A stretch of DNA of 62,543 bases, counting the filler, from Squatina squatina (taxonomy: Eukaryota): assembly GCA_031763465.1 (NCBI GenBank). It is 3 parts of 3 records of this genome, joined end to end, with 100 filler letters (N's around TTAATTAATTAA, not from the genome) between each part and the next. Parts side by side here need not be neighbours in the genome. Positions count along the whole stretch, not along the records: positions 21,427 to 46,562 come from JARFOE010000013.1; positions 46,663 to 62,543 come from JARFOE010000039.1; 1 more part is not named here. One strand, written 5' to 3'. The translations under genes were made by a program, and so were the position numbers. Shown piece by piece: positions 38,367-51,387 of the stretch; the first letter of the stretch is position 1; every line of letters starts with the position of its first letter. A model generated the notes under the pieces. That model made no database searches, had not been told where the DNA came from, and was given only the letters and a program-made list of their open reading frames with translations.

Positions 38367-38702
38367 TGTTGTAATGTAGGAAACACGGCAGCCAATTTGT
38401 GCACAGCAAGCTCCCACAAACAGCAATGTGATAATGACCCAGATCATCTGTTTTACTGATGTTGGTTGAGGGATAAATGTTGGCCCCAGGACACTGGGGA
38501 AAACTCCCCTGCTCTTCTTTGAAGTATTACCCATGGGATCTTTTACATCCACCTGAGAGGGCAGACGTCTCATCTGAAAGACGGCACCTCCGACTGGAAG
38601 TGTCAGCCTAGATATTTGTGCTCAAGTCTCAGGAGTGGGACTTTAACCCACAACCTTCTGACTCAGAGGCGAGAGAGCTACTCACTGAGACACAGCCGAC
38701 AA
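38367..38702 (-). mobile_element. Deu-domain SINE, well preserved
   Basis: gtaggaaacacggcagccaatttgtgcacagcaagctccc...ccttctgactcagaggcgagagagctactcactgagacacagccgac. Confidence 0.85.
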
Positions 38703-38831
38703 CTCAGAGAGAGAAGAGTGGGGAGGATCACCGGAGAAAGCTCACGTTCCTTCATCCCGCCTCTCCCCCCAGCTCCCCACCACAGCCCCCCCACCTCCCC
38801 CCACCTTTCCTGGCCCAAGCGCTTGAACTAA

Positions 38832-39116
<285 letters not shown>

Positions 39117-39286
39117 TGAAGAGAGCCACGATGAAATCTAGCAAATTGTCTTGAATTTGCTATCGCTTCCCAAAGAATTGTGAAATGACCTGCTTGCCCT
39201 GTTGGGGCAAGGAGACTAGAAATAAAGATGGCTCTTGTTTAAATGATCTTGTTTTAAACGGACTGACATGAAGTTTCTTTGTACAG

Positions 39287-39436
39287 GGTGGTGGAGAAGA
39301 AAAAGAAGCAGTTACAGAGGCTAGAGGAACAACTGATGAAGCTGGAGGTTCAAGCAACAGACAGAGAGGAGAACAAGCAGATTGCGTTGGGCACGTCCAA
39401 ACTCAACTACCTTGATCCTAGGATCACCGTGGCTTG
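39287..39436 (+). CDS. TOP1: DNA topoisomerase I penultimate exon containing the catalytic tyrosine
   Basis: tttctttgtacag|[50 protein letters not shown](W)|gtcagt; SKLNY Tyr codon at 39408-39410; 150 bp, phase 2-2. Confidence 0.96.
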
Positions 39437-39717
39437 GTCAGTAAAACTGTACAAATTTTTTGGCATACAATACTACCTCAACTGCCGCAATGAGGTCATG
39501 GGATTGATGTAATTAGATGTCCTGACTAATCTAAACTACGAAAAACAGTGATGGTTGGGTATGGCAGTTACGAGCCGAGCAGTTGGCAGAAGAGGCACTG
39601 TTTAGATATTGCACCCCCACTCGCCAAATTCAGTTTTTGAGTGAGGTGTCTGGAACTATTCTAAAGAATAAACTGGAGACCAGAATCTGATACTGTTCTG
39701 ACAATGTTTCTGCCCTT

Positions 39718-39852
39718 ATGAAAGGTAAATCATGTCTGACAAATCTTATAGAATTTTTCGAGGATGTAACTAGCCGAGTAGATAAGGGAGAACCAGTGGA
39801 TGTGTTATATCTGGACTTTCAGAAGGCTTTCGACAAGGTCCCACATAAGAGA
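39718..39852 (+). mobile_element. CR1 LINE reverse-transcriptase fragment
   Basis: [44 protein letters not shown]. Confidence 0.95.
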
Positions 39853-41068
39853 NNNNNNNNNNNNNNNNNNNNNNNNNNNNNNNNNNNNNNNNNNNNNNNN
39901 NNNNNNNNNNNNNNNNNNNNNNNNNNNNNNNNNNNNNNNNNNNNNNNNNNNNCCGAAGATGGGACGGTCACAGATCTAACCCTCTAGTGTTAAGTGGCCT
40001 ATTAATGACTCGTAATCCTCAGCAAAGCCTCACAAATTTTTGCAAATTTATTTTTGACATGTCTTTCTTTTTCTTTTCATTTGCCACCTCTTTCTCTCGC
40101 TTTATCTTTCCTTTTTCTTTCAGTTCCTGTTTCTTTGTTATCACCTTTTCCCCGGTTATATATTTATGCCCTTCCCAAAGTATCTGCCTAATTTCAAATT
40201 GTCTTCTCTCCCCCATAACAAGTCACTGCACTCCAACAGTAATTCATTGTGCGAATCATTTTGAGACATTTGTTTGTAATAAGGCACGATATAAATGTAA
40301 GTACTATTTAATGGTTATCCCTTAATGTCTGCCTCCTCCACTCCAGCCCTCGCCATTTGCACATTAGTTGTCCTACTTAGCATTCGCTTTTGCCTCATAT
40401 TTCTCTCACACCTTTTCAATCCTCTCTTTTATTTGTATTCGCCTTTTCTCTCTAGATGTCGCTGTTTTTCATTCTTTCCAACATTTTTTTTCCCTCTCCA
40501 ACACCCCCCCCCCCTCTTCCTCCCCCGATCCTGTAATATTTCAGATTCCTGCCTCTGATCTCTTTCCGGCTATGTGTGTATGTGCTGTTTCCTCTGGGCT
40601 CGGCTCTGCCTTTCGACCGTGTCGATTTCACTTGGACTAAAACTGACAAAAAAACAAAGGGGGAAAAATATATATGTGTGTGTATTTATATATATGTGCA
40701 TATTTCCAGCAGTACTCAGCCATCTTCAGTGCGTCTGCCAGTACAACCGAGGATTTGACAGAAAGGGGAAGAACGTCCAGACATCCAGGAAGCAGGCAAG
40801 GATCCAACACCGCAACATTGGAGCAATTTCATTGGCAATTTTTTTTCCACGTTTAATTACATGAATATATATTAAGAGGAGGGAACCCCACCCTCCGCTT
40901 ACCTACCCCGGCCAACAGGAGGCTGGTTTGCAGCAAAAAAAATAAAGGCAGGGAAAAGGAGGCAGTTAAGAATTCTAATTAAAAACGTCTTTTTTTTTCT
41001 TGTTCAATCAAATCGGGTTTATTTACTTTTCTTAAATTACAAATAATCTCTTGGATGATGCTGTGAAG

Positions 41069-41111
41069 ATGTCAGTGTCCAGAGTCGGTTTCCCGAATGG
41101 ATTTTTGCTGG
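41069..41111 (+). CDS. Possible start of the first coding exon of the PLC-gamma gene (truncated by gap)
   Basis: aagATG MSVSRVGFPNGFLL, loosely like PLCG1 N-termini (short leader then ..NG). It lies immediately before the exon-2 equivalent and follows a non-repetitive 5' UTR-like stretch from ~40500. Confidence 0.35.
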
Positions 41112-42592
41112 NNNNNNNNNNNNNNNNNNNNNNNNNNNNNNNNNNNNNNNNNNNNNNNNNNNNNNNNNNNNNNNNNNNNNNNNNNNNNNNNNNNNNNNNN
41201 NNNNNNNNNNNTCACAGATATCACAGACAGACTTGTTACATTAAAGCATTAGTGGAACCGTGCATGTCACAATGGACCAGTTAAATTAAGAAATGAGCAG
41301 GAGAGCCCACATCACTGACATTAAAATGGTACAACAGGACACAACAACTTATATTTATATAGCACCAAATGTCCCAAGGTGCTTCACAGAAAATTGACAC
41401 CAAACCAAAGAAGGAGACACTAGAACAGGTGACCATAAGCTTGATCAAAGTGGTCGGTTTTAAGCAGCAATGGTAGGACGAAGGAGGTGGGGGATGCACA
41501 AGTCATAGACAGTGCATGCCATGGTCAAACCTGTTACATTACATGGGAAGCATGATATTGTTTTCAATTAACAAGGCTAGATAAGGCCCACTCTATATAA
41601 TAGTAACCGCCAAGGTTGAAAAGAATATGGGAGAAATAGGATGAAGCAAGAAGCAGTTGCAAGGTGACACCAAGCTTGGCTGTAAGAAACTCCAGACTGT
41701 AGAATATGAGTGTTTCACAGTTTTCCATACCTAAGAAAGAATGGGTTAGAATAGGAGACAGCGTATTGAGTCTCCATTTCAACAAAATGCGAATGCAGAG
41801 AGCATGCAGACAACGAATCTGGGAGGAATATGCAAGGGGAGTTTGGAGGAGCAATGGCCATAGTAGTGCCACTAAAACACCTTATTAAAATGCATTAAAT
41901 GCCGATTTAAACAATAAAACAAGCTTTTAGCTGTTATGTTCCAAGTGTTGACTCTTTAGAGGGGACTGGATGACTGCCAGCATATTACAGTGTAGTGATT
42001 AAGGCGGTTCAGATGACACCGTGAAACATGAGAGCAAAAGCTCAATCAGTTCATTCATCAGCTGAACCTGAAGGGTTATATTAGATGGTGAGATAGAGAA
42101 GATCATCACCTTCCAAATAATTGATATAAGCAATAATTTTATGAATTAGTGATCCTAGAAATGGCATTGCATATCAGGAATATGGTCGAGAGCACAGTAT
42201 GATTTTCTGTCCATTAATTTTCACGGGAGTCATGTGCCCAAATTCTCACTATCTNNNNNNNNNNNNNNNNNNNNNNNNNNNNNNNNNNNNNNNNNNNNNN
42301 NNNNNNNNNNNNNNNNNNNNNNNNNNNNNNNNNNNNNNNNNNNNNNNNNNNNNNAATTATCCATGTAAACCTGTCTTGCTATAATTACATCCTGGTGCCA
42401 ATGTTTACGCTGCAGCACCTCCAATGGGGGGAGCATGTAATTACAGCCTGACAAGTTTTACATTGGCAATTTCCATTCTAAATATGGGCATGGGAATTCA
42501 TAATAGAAAGGGCATGCAGATACAACATTGTTAATATTATTCATTCAAACTGTGGAATAACCTGAGATTTTTTCTTTTCTCTTTTCATATAG

Positions 42593-42742
42593 TCGACAGT
42601 CGGGAAATTAAAGAAATTCGACCTGGGAAGAACTCGAGAGATTTTGAACGTTACCCAGATGATGCACGTAAACTGGATGCTAGTCTGTGCTTGGTCATTC
42701 TGTATGGAATGGAATTCAGATTGAAAACGCTAAGTCTTTCAG
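42593..42742 (+). CDS. PLCG1: Phospholipase C gamma N-terminal PH-domain exon; PLCG1-like paralogue possible
   Basis: cttttcatatag|[50 protein letters not shown]|gtaatt; 150 bp, phase 1-1. Recalled PLCG1: [51 protein letters not shown]. Confidence 0.92.
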
Positions 42743-44289
42743 GTAATTTATTATAGTCTTCCTATTTATCCCTTAGTCATTGTAAGCACCAGCGGGTCAA
42801 ACGCCCCCCTTATTTTATTACAGAAATTCAACCTGTAACAAAAAAAACCCAAAATTAAAGACGTTTATTTATTAATTTGGCAGGTCGGGGATCGAGGGGA
42901 GGAACTGGTCTNNNNNNNNNNNNNNNNNNNNNNNNNNNNNNNNNNNNNNNNNNNNNNNNNNNNNNNNNNNNNNNNNNNNNNNNNNNNNNNNNNNNNNNNN
43001 NNNNNNNNNNNGGGTCACTGGATAGTGATTAGGAGTGGGCACCCTGGCTGGCTCCTCCTCTTTGTGCTGAGGCCAATTGTAGCACACCCGATGGCTAACC
43101 TGTCTGAGATTAGCTAACTCAGCATAGAACAGCAATTTAGGACCTCCCAGTCTGCATGGTCAGTAACATAACATTTTTATTTAGCCACTACATCATCAGG
43201 AGAGGTAAAATGGAGTCATTTTTACCAGCAAGTTTTCAATATTAATAATACTACTATAATTTGCCTTACTTGTGTGACAAAGAGTTTTGCCTCCATTTGG
43301 CACCTCATCACAGTCACATAAGGTAGCTCATTGTGTTGTTCAATCTTTTCAGTTGCAGGAATATTCTTAGTGAAGTGAGTGGTGGTCTCTAATGGCTTAC
43401 TCTGACACACACACCACTGCCAATATCCTGAATGCTTAGAAAGAAATAGATATCTCCTTTAATGTCTCACCAGATGTCAAAATCAATACAGGCTGGAGAC
43501 ATCCACCTGTAGTAGTGACAGAGGAGACTGGAGCATTGGGTGTCAGGTTTAACCGGAGGCTGGGGATGTTGCTAACTCAGCTGACCCACAAAGCACAGAC
43601 TGTGGTTCATTTCTACTGCCTCCCAGTCTAGGAATATGCCACAGAATTGGGTATCTGGTTACAAGCCACAATTTTTGGAAGGGCCTTAATGGAGCTCTCA
43701 GCAGCAGCAAAGCCAGTCCCTTGTGGCCAGAGTAGGAAATCCATCAGACCCGTGAAACCTCTACTTCAAAAGGTTGCTTCCTCACTTGTTAACCTCCTTT
43801 CAGGGAATCTCCTCTCAGCCTTAAGACAGACCATTGGCTTTTATGAAGTTGGCTTTTATCAGTGAACTTTTTAACATCAGCAGGGACTTCAAGCTACTCT
43901 GCGTTCTAATAATCACTTTGAAATAAGTGATCATTATTTATTTGTTCTAGTTATTTGTTCTAATTAGACAAGGTGAATGAGGATGTGCATCAAATCACTA
44001 TCCCTTGGCTTGCTCAGCTCCTCTCTTTTACAACCTGGGTTGTGTCCTTTTGCCATGAGTTTTTCATGATGGCTTCTCCATAAACAGACTGCAATATCTT
44101 TCAAGCACTCCAACTTTCGTCACTGAGACTACTGTTATTGACCACTACCCCTCCCTTGTATAATAACTTCTCTGTGTCGTAACATCCACCCCGCCTCCCA
44201 AAAAACTAACAATGTATGAACAATCTCTTCCCATCCTCAAGAAAAATGCTGGATTTTCTAAGTTAAAAAGTTATGAAAAGTGCTGAAAT

Positions 44290-44428
44290 ATTAAGTATAT
44301 AAAAAGGAAGAGAGAGGTCAAAGTGAACATAGACCCCTTAGAGAATCAGTCTGGGGAAATAGTTATGGGGAACAAGGAAATGGCAGAGGAATTGAAAAGA
44401 TATTTTGCATCAGTCTTTACAGTAGAAG
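44290..44428 (+). mobile_element. CR1 LINE ORF2 linker fragment
   Basis: PLENQSGEIVMGNKEMAEELKRYFASVFTVE. Confidence 0.88.
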
Positions 44429-44639
44429 NNNNNNNNNNNNNNNNNNNNNNNNNNNNNNNNNNNNNNNNNNNNNNNNNNNNNNNNNNNNNNNNNNNNNNNN
44501 NNNNNNNNNNNNNNNNNNNNNNNNNNNNTATCCAGTATTTGATAGATAAACCACGTGAATCCTTCAATTGGTAACCTGTAACTCATTCCTAAGTATCCGT
44601 TAATCTCTGTTTGTACAACCTCTCCTTTTGTGTGTGCAG

Positions 44640-44674
44640 ATAATCGAGCAGCTGGAGCTGTCTTTTCCTCTGAG
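44640..44674 (+). CDS. PLCG1: PLC-gamma 35-bp micro-exon (EF-hand region)
   Basis: ccttttgtgtgtgcag|IIEQLELSFPL(R)|gtaagg; phase 0-2, joins in frame to the next exon. Equivalent to PLCG1 MDLPFLEASTLR. Confidence 0.8.
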
Positions 44675-45329
44675 GTAAGGAGCATCTTGTTTGTCGTGAC
44701 TGTATTCCGAATGCTCTTTATAATTTTCACCCTTGGCGTTTGCTCCATTTAAAAATGGGCTCTTGCCACAATGACCCTCTGACAAACTAATTCTCATCTC
44801 CCTGACCCTTTTTAAAAAAATGAGAATTAATTTTTACCTGGCCAACTTTATAATTTTGGTTTACTGAATTTGTTGATTCTTTATGGAACATGTTGTGTGA
44901 ACTGTCAACGCTGATGATCCAGGGCTTTCAGAACTGTAGTAAATCTTGAATCATGCGGCCAGCACAAGAGGAGACCAGTCATTCTATCATGCGTTTAAAG
45001 AAATAGGGTATGATTTGAGACCACTCACTTCTGACTGATAACCAAGAGCGCTACAATCTGGGTCAAGCTGATAGCCCAGTATTAATCCTATTACACACTT
45101 CTATCCCCATTTCTAACAATATGCTGATGGGAGAATCTGAGCTAATGTGCCTGAGTCCCAGGCCTCACAGGCGAATGGACACTGCACTAATCCCCAGCAA
45201 CACTCACTGTCTTTCCCCCAAACTGATCAATTCATTTACAGATCCCAAATATTTCAATGAATAATGTCTATAATGAAAAATTCTGCTTACTTATGACAGT
45301 AGTTTTAAACACTACTTTGTTGCATGCAG

Positions 45330-45402
45330 GAATGTGGAGAGGCCTGAGCTATGTCAAGTGACGCTAACTGACTTCCAGAAGTTTTTGCAATATGATCAGA
45401 AG
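45330..45402 (+). CDS. PLCG1: PLC-gamma EF-hand region exon
   Basis: gcatgcag|G NVERPELCQVTLTDFQKFLQYDQK|gtaagc; 73 bp, phase 2-0. Recalled PLCG1: AGERPELCRVSLPEFQQFLLDYQG. Confidence 0.88.
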
Positions 45403-46391
45403 GTAAGCAAACTGAATTACAAGCCAGGTGAATTATTCCTACATTACAACAGTGACTACACTACAAAAGTACTTCATTGGCTGTAAAGCTCTTTGGGACG
45501 GTCATGAGAGGCGCTATATAAATATAAGTCTTTCAAGACTTTCTTTTATTGAGGCACCAAACAGCTTCGGTTACAATTCAAATTATGCTAACTTTGCATA
45601 GATCTCTGGCATGCTTACATTTGGAGTGCTTCGTAAACTTTTGGGTGGTCAATGTTCAGAAAGACCTTGAAGCATTGAAGACAGTTCTGAGAGGAACGAC
45701 AAGGGTATTTTGAAACTTAGAACTTTGAGCCACTGAAGGAGGCTCTGTAGAGCTGAACTGAATTTCACTGGAGAAGAGGTTGTGCGAGGTGAATTCCCAC
45801 CAAGATTTTCCTCCTTGTCTGTGAGTCTTCGATAGAAAAGTCATGGAGACACTGGAAGTCAAAGAGAATTTTCATACAGGGCATTAGATTGGTAGAGTCA
45901 GTTACAGAATAGATTGCATGGAATCTGCGGGAGGAGCAGGCTTGATCAGCTGATGGGCCTTTTCTAGTTTCGTACTTTCTTAGGTTCTAAAATAAAACCC
46001 TTTGTTTGAAGTAATGTAAATTTGAACTCTCTCCAATTAACTCTCCAATCCTTGATCTTCCAGGTCGTGCATCATTGTTGCTCTAATACCAACCAATCAG
46101 AAGTGTGTAAGACCGTCTATGGATAACTCCTCCACAATTTGTTATTTCCTCTATTTAATTTCTTGCTCTCCATTATCTCCCTTAACTTGGCACTGTGACT
46201 AAGACTAGGAGCTCAGTAATGAACTATATCCCACCATTCTGTGTAGCACTTTGAGCCACGATGTGTGCAGTCACTTTAAATGTTTGGGTTCAGGGATACT
46301 AAGGCAATGATTGTGAGGGCTGTATCTACAGAGACTTATGGAAATGTTTAATTTAAACTGAGGGAATATCATTCCACACCTTACGCACAGC

Positions 46392-46562
46392 AACAACAAC
46401 TTTAATTGAGATAGCGTCTTTAACATAGTAACAAATCCCAAGGCACTTCACAGTCATGTAATTAGACAAAAATTGACACCATGCCAAAGAAGGAGACATA
46501 AGGACAGGTGACCAAAAGCTTGGTCAAGGAGGTAGGCTTTAAGCAGCACCTTAAAAGAGGAG
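46392..46562 (-). mobile_element. L2-type LINE 3' end
   Basis: cccaaggcacttcac...aattgacacc...aggacaggtgaccaaaagcttggtcaaggaggtagg. Confidence 0.7.
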
Positions 46563-46662
46563 NNNNNNNNNNNNNNNNNNNNNNNNNNNNNNNNNNNNNN
46601 NNNNNNTTAATTAATTAANNNNNNNNNNNNNNNNNNNNNNNNNNNNNNNNNNNNNNNNNNNN
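46563..46662. other. Artificial scaffold linker (44N-TTAATTAATTAA-44N)
   Basis: Palindromic six-frame stop at 46607-46618; identical layout to the first linker. Confidence 0.95.
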
Positions 46663-49600
46663 GCTGCCATACACAAAAAAACTTAAATATTTTTACTTTT
46701 TGGAAATCTGTCCAGTAGATCTCTCTAAATTTGACAGGAGCTGCTAATTATGGGTGTTACCAGCAATGACTTAAATACCAGAAAAATATTCTCACCACAT
46801 GTGGGAAAATTGGCCCTTACCTTGATGCCATTTGTCATCTGTTACTGATTTTAGACAAAATTTACTCATTGTTAAAGTACGTTCTGCCCAAGCTATTATT
46901 TGGATGCACCATCCATCAGGCTGCACAATACAAGGAAAGGGTACAGTAAAGGATTACTTAAAAGAAGGCTCACAAAACTCTCCATGAAAAGGAATTGTAT
47001 CCAGAGATGGTCAAAATGCTTTTATATTATTTTGTCAATTTGTAGTTAAAAAAACATGGACACAAGAATCTTGCACTCCAAATCACCTTGCTTTAGGAGT
47101 ACTTCCCTGTAATAATCCATCAAGTATATTAACAGTAAACATTATTATTTAAAGACAGTTTTTAATGCAGATCCATCTTAAACTAAAACAGAAATTCAGG
47201 ATATTAAATCCAAACCATAGCTTGATCTCACGCTGGAAAATATGTGAACATTTTGGTACATAATAGGGCCAAAAATCCCTGAGCCTTTATTCTTAGTGTG
47301 AGTGCTCATACCATCCATTGCTGACTGCCAGACTTTCCAGGTTCACACAGACCCTGGTGGTTGCCTTTGCCACTGAAGGCACATCGCAAGTGCATGCCAG
47401 TTCAGGGAAAGAGAGATGAATGAATTTATATAGTGCCTTTCACAACCCCAGGACATCCCAAAGGTGCCTTACAACAACGAAGTACTTTTGAAAGTGTAGA
47501 CACTGTTGTAANNNNNNNNNNNNNNNNNNNNNNNNNNNNNNNNNNNNNNNNNNNNNNNNNNNNNNNNNNNNNNNNNNNNNNNNNNNNNNNNNNNNNNNNN
47601 NNNNNNNNNNNTCGCAAAGCTCAGTGCTGGGGATGGGCTCCGCAGCCTCAGCGTTGGATCTGTTCAGAAGTTTCTGGACAGATCGCAAGTGCCGGTTATG
47701 CGGGCTTTCGATGAACAGCCCCATAACCGGCTTTGTTCCCACTTGGGGAGATCGCAGTTTCAGGCCCATAGTGTTTATATAGGTATATAAAGCAAATTGG
47801 GGGACTGGATAGCACAGCTGTCTGCTTGGGCCCATAACAGAAAAATGCCTACATTTCAGCATTAATTAACATTAACATGGCAATCTGCGACAGAGTGGTA
47901 TAAGGATGGGAAATGTGTAATGTGGAGATAGTCACGCTGTTCTGAGGCTGGGATTAAGGTAATACGGGAGAAGATTTCCTTTGTGCATGCTGTACTAAAA
48001 TCATAAGTATGTTTCTAAAGAATTAGTTTATTATTTTGTCACTCAGTTCAAAAATAAATCTTTTCCCATTGATGGGACAGAGCAAAGGAAACTTTACTTT
48101 GCACCTAGCCAGTCTTGTGCCTGACTGAGGAGTGCTTAATTCAGATACTGGGTAACAAAAACAGAAAATAAATTGGAAGTTTACAACATTGATATCTCTC
48201 AGCTTGAAATGCTACCCAGAAAGCAAATTTTAAATAGGTATAGGTTTGATAAGCAAGATTTCCCTATGAAGGAATTGGCAGAGGCCTATCAGCAGAGCAG
48301 TCCACCTGCCCACAAGAAGTGACGTCACAGATTAATTCAATAGTTGATTAGTGATCCATTAAAACATGGAGAGTTACAGCTATAAATGCAATTTTGCATA
48401 TAACATGTCAATGTCCGTATTAGGAAGGCAATGAAAACAGACTAGGTGAGAGACTGCTATTGTTTGGTAGGCATTATTAGCTCACTTTAAGACATCGCAA
48501 GGTATGATTGTTTCCAGATGTTGCAGAAGCAAACAGCGTGACCTATAGAGTTGTCCAGATGGAATATGTAGGAAAGGCAATAGGAGTGAACACAGCTGTT
48601 CCTCAAATTGCAGGAAATCGTGGATGAGGGGTTAGAGTGTAGTGTGTTTCTAGGAGAATTATGACCAAAGTTTGTTATTTGCTGACAGTGATGGCAGCTG
48701 AACAAAGAGTATTTGTTGGTATGATTTTGAAACAAGGAAAGCATTGTGAATGTGCATAAAAATGAAGTTTTTCTTCTTAAAACTGTAGCAAACATGTTTT
48801 GACTGGCTTATTGTTAAATTTTGTTCCGATCCAAATCAGGGTATTGGGGATTTATTAATTATTAGAGCCTCCTTTTACAGGAAGTTGTCTAGTATAAACA
48901 AGTTCGGTATTTTATCATGCCAGGGTCAATAACCATGATGGTTTTTATCAGTGGTAATTCATACTAGCTTGACCCTTGCATTTGGCATTACTTGTTATTC
49001 TATACTGTTATGAAATAGATATTGATGGATTTTTGTGCTGGCCCACCAAATGTTGCAACTATATTTGATTAATATTGAACAATCTATCAAGTACTGCCCC
49101 TTCAGAAATGAGGCACTTCCTTTATTTGCTGTATCTATATTTATAAACTTCTGTACATACTTGGCAGTGCCCAAGACCATGTTCTGCTCTCTTTGAATTT
49201 GTGTAGTGTATTCCAATTAGTTTGTATAAGTGCGTGGTCAGAGGGAATATTTGCATCTGAGCTCCAGCTAAGATGTATTCAGACCAAATGTAAACCGATA
49301 TCTAACTATTATCCCTAATATTAGAAGTTCCTGCTTTTTTCCTTTAGTGCATGGATCAAGTTTGCTTCAACGTGGCACTTTTGTCAGAGATTTTTGAAAT
49401 GGAGATCCTGTATTCAGCTGGAGCCAACATGTCTGTAAGGTGGAACATTCAGTCTGTTTTAAAATGAGCACAAGCTGCTTAATAATCAGATTTGCCTTAC
49501 AGTAAATGTGGCACAATTCCTGTGCAGTGTTTTGCAAGCCATGCAGAATAATGGAACAACCCTTAATATATTTGCTGAAAACAGAAATTAGCTATTATAA

Positions 49601-50539
49601 AGAACTATTGTACTTAGCGCAAACATTACAAAGATTAACTGGAGATAAGTATTTTGATGAGAATAGCATCTGATGGACAGAATGAGTGGTTTTGTAAGTT
49701 GGAACAATGCTTAGAACTCCATAAGGGAAATTGTGTTAAATTAATTATTTGCAGCTACTTGTAATTTTTGTGTCATGCAGGAAGATTAAGTATAGTTATC
49801 ATTTTGTATTTTTGTATTTTGCCATGTACAATTAAAACAACAAAGTTGAACTATGACAGTTTAACCTGGGCAATAAAACATTTTTCCTTACATACACAGG
49901 AACTAAATGTACAGTGCATTTTACTATAAATTAAATAGTATTTACTTAGAAATATGCAACATGCTTTGCATATGTGCCAGTTGATTACTGTTACAGAATA
50001 GTAATTAATTGAAATGCTTGATGATAAAACATGAATAATGTAGCTTTCTGTGAAATATGGGTACTCAGTGTTGAGTGCTGGAATGCCATATTGAGTTCAT
50101 ATGGAACAAATGCTGGGTCATTCAAATCATATTTTCATCTAAGTGATTATATCAGTTGTTCAGCTAACAAATTGAAGACTAAAAATGTGCCTCAAATTGT
50201 ATGACTTTTTAATATGACAATGTCAAACTTTAGAATAGGACTTGACCTGATTTAAATGTGCATTGACAGCACCCTCTCCAAATGATAATTCACTAAAATA
50301 TGACTCCATCCATTAATTTTTTGAATTAAATACACACATTTTCCAGTATGTCTACCTCGATGGCTCAGCAAGTTTATTCAGACCATTGCTGAGCCATACA
50401 GACCAGGAAGGTCTGAAGAAAACAGGAGGGGCGCAAAACCATTTTTATTTGCTGATATTGTGGAAATTATTGAACAGGGTGTAGACTAATTACATGAAAA
50501 AGGTGGCTCTAGAGGTGAGCAGGTGCACTGTATCTGACA

Positions 50540-50775
50540 TTACATAGTACTTACAGCACAAACAGACCATTCGGCTCAACAGGTTCATGCTAGTGTTTAT
50601 GCTCCACACAACCACCTCCCACCCTTCCTTATCTAACCCCCATCAACATATCCTTCTATTCCTTTCTCCCCATCAACATATCCTTCTATTCCTTTCTCCC
50701 TCGTGCTTATCTAGCTTCCCCTTAAATGCATCTATGTTATTTGCTTCAACTACTCCTTATGGTAATGAGTTCCAT
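50540..50775 (-). mobile_element. CR1 LINE 3' UTR/ORF2 end with an internal 30-bp duplication
   Basis: gaccattcggctcaac...gcttccccttaaatgcatctatg...gagttcca; cccatcaacatatccttctattcctttctc occurs twice. Confidence 0.65.
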
Positions 50776-51346
50776 GCATCTTTTTGAATACCCAAGCATA
50801 GCAAAAATAACAGTGAACACTTTGCATTGCGTACACAAACTCACTAGCAGTGGAAACCATATTTCCAGTGATACTTGCATTCTGCGGCAGTTTATGCCAA
50901 AATATCTAAATGATTTACACAATGATTTTTGGAGTGCAGCAATTGTTATATAGACGCAAACAGCCTTTCTGCACTAGTAATGATCAGATGGTCTGTTTTC
51001 TAGTGTTCTGGTTGGTAAAGAAAATTGGGAGCAGTCCTTGCTCTTAAAATAATGCAGTGGATCTTTAATGCTGAGTTGTTGATGGCACAGTCCTTTGGAT
51101 GAGACAAACCAACGTCATATTTACCTGTTCAGGTAGATGTTAAAGATCCTATGGTACAATTTGGAGTACAGATTGTGCTGGTGTCCTAGCCAACATTCTG
51201 TGCCAACCAACAACAGATGAATTGTCATTGCAGTTTGTGGGGCCTTGATGTGTGCAAAATGGCTACTATATTTTGTACATGTGACTACTTCACTGTAATT
51301 CACTGTATGGCAGTACTTTGGGCCATCCTGCAAGGTATGGTAAGAA

Positions 51347-51387
<41 letters not shown>

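Noticed and set aside
39279-39512. Stand-alone 77-aa [13 protein letters not shown]...
   Set aside because: It is the TOP1 exon plus intronic read-through; the true boundaries are 39287-39436.
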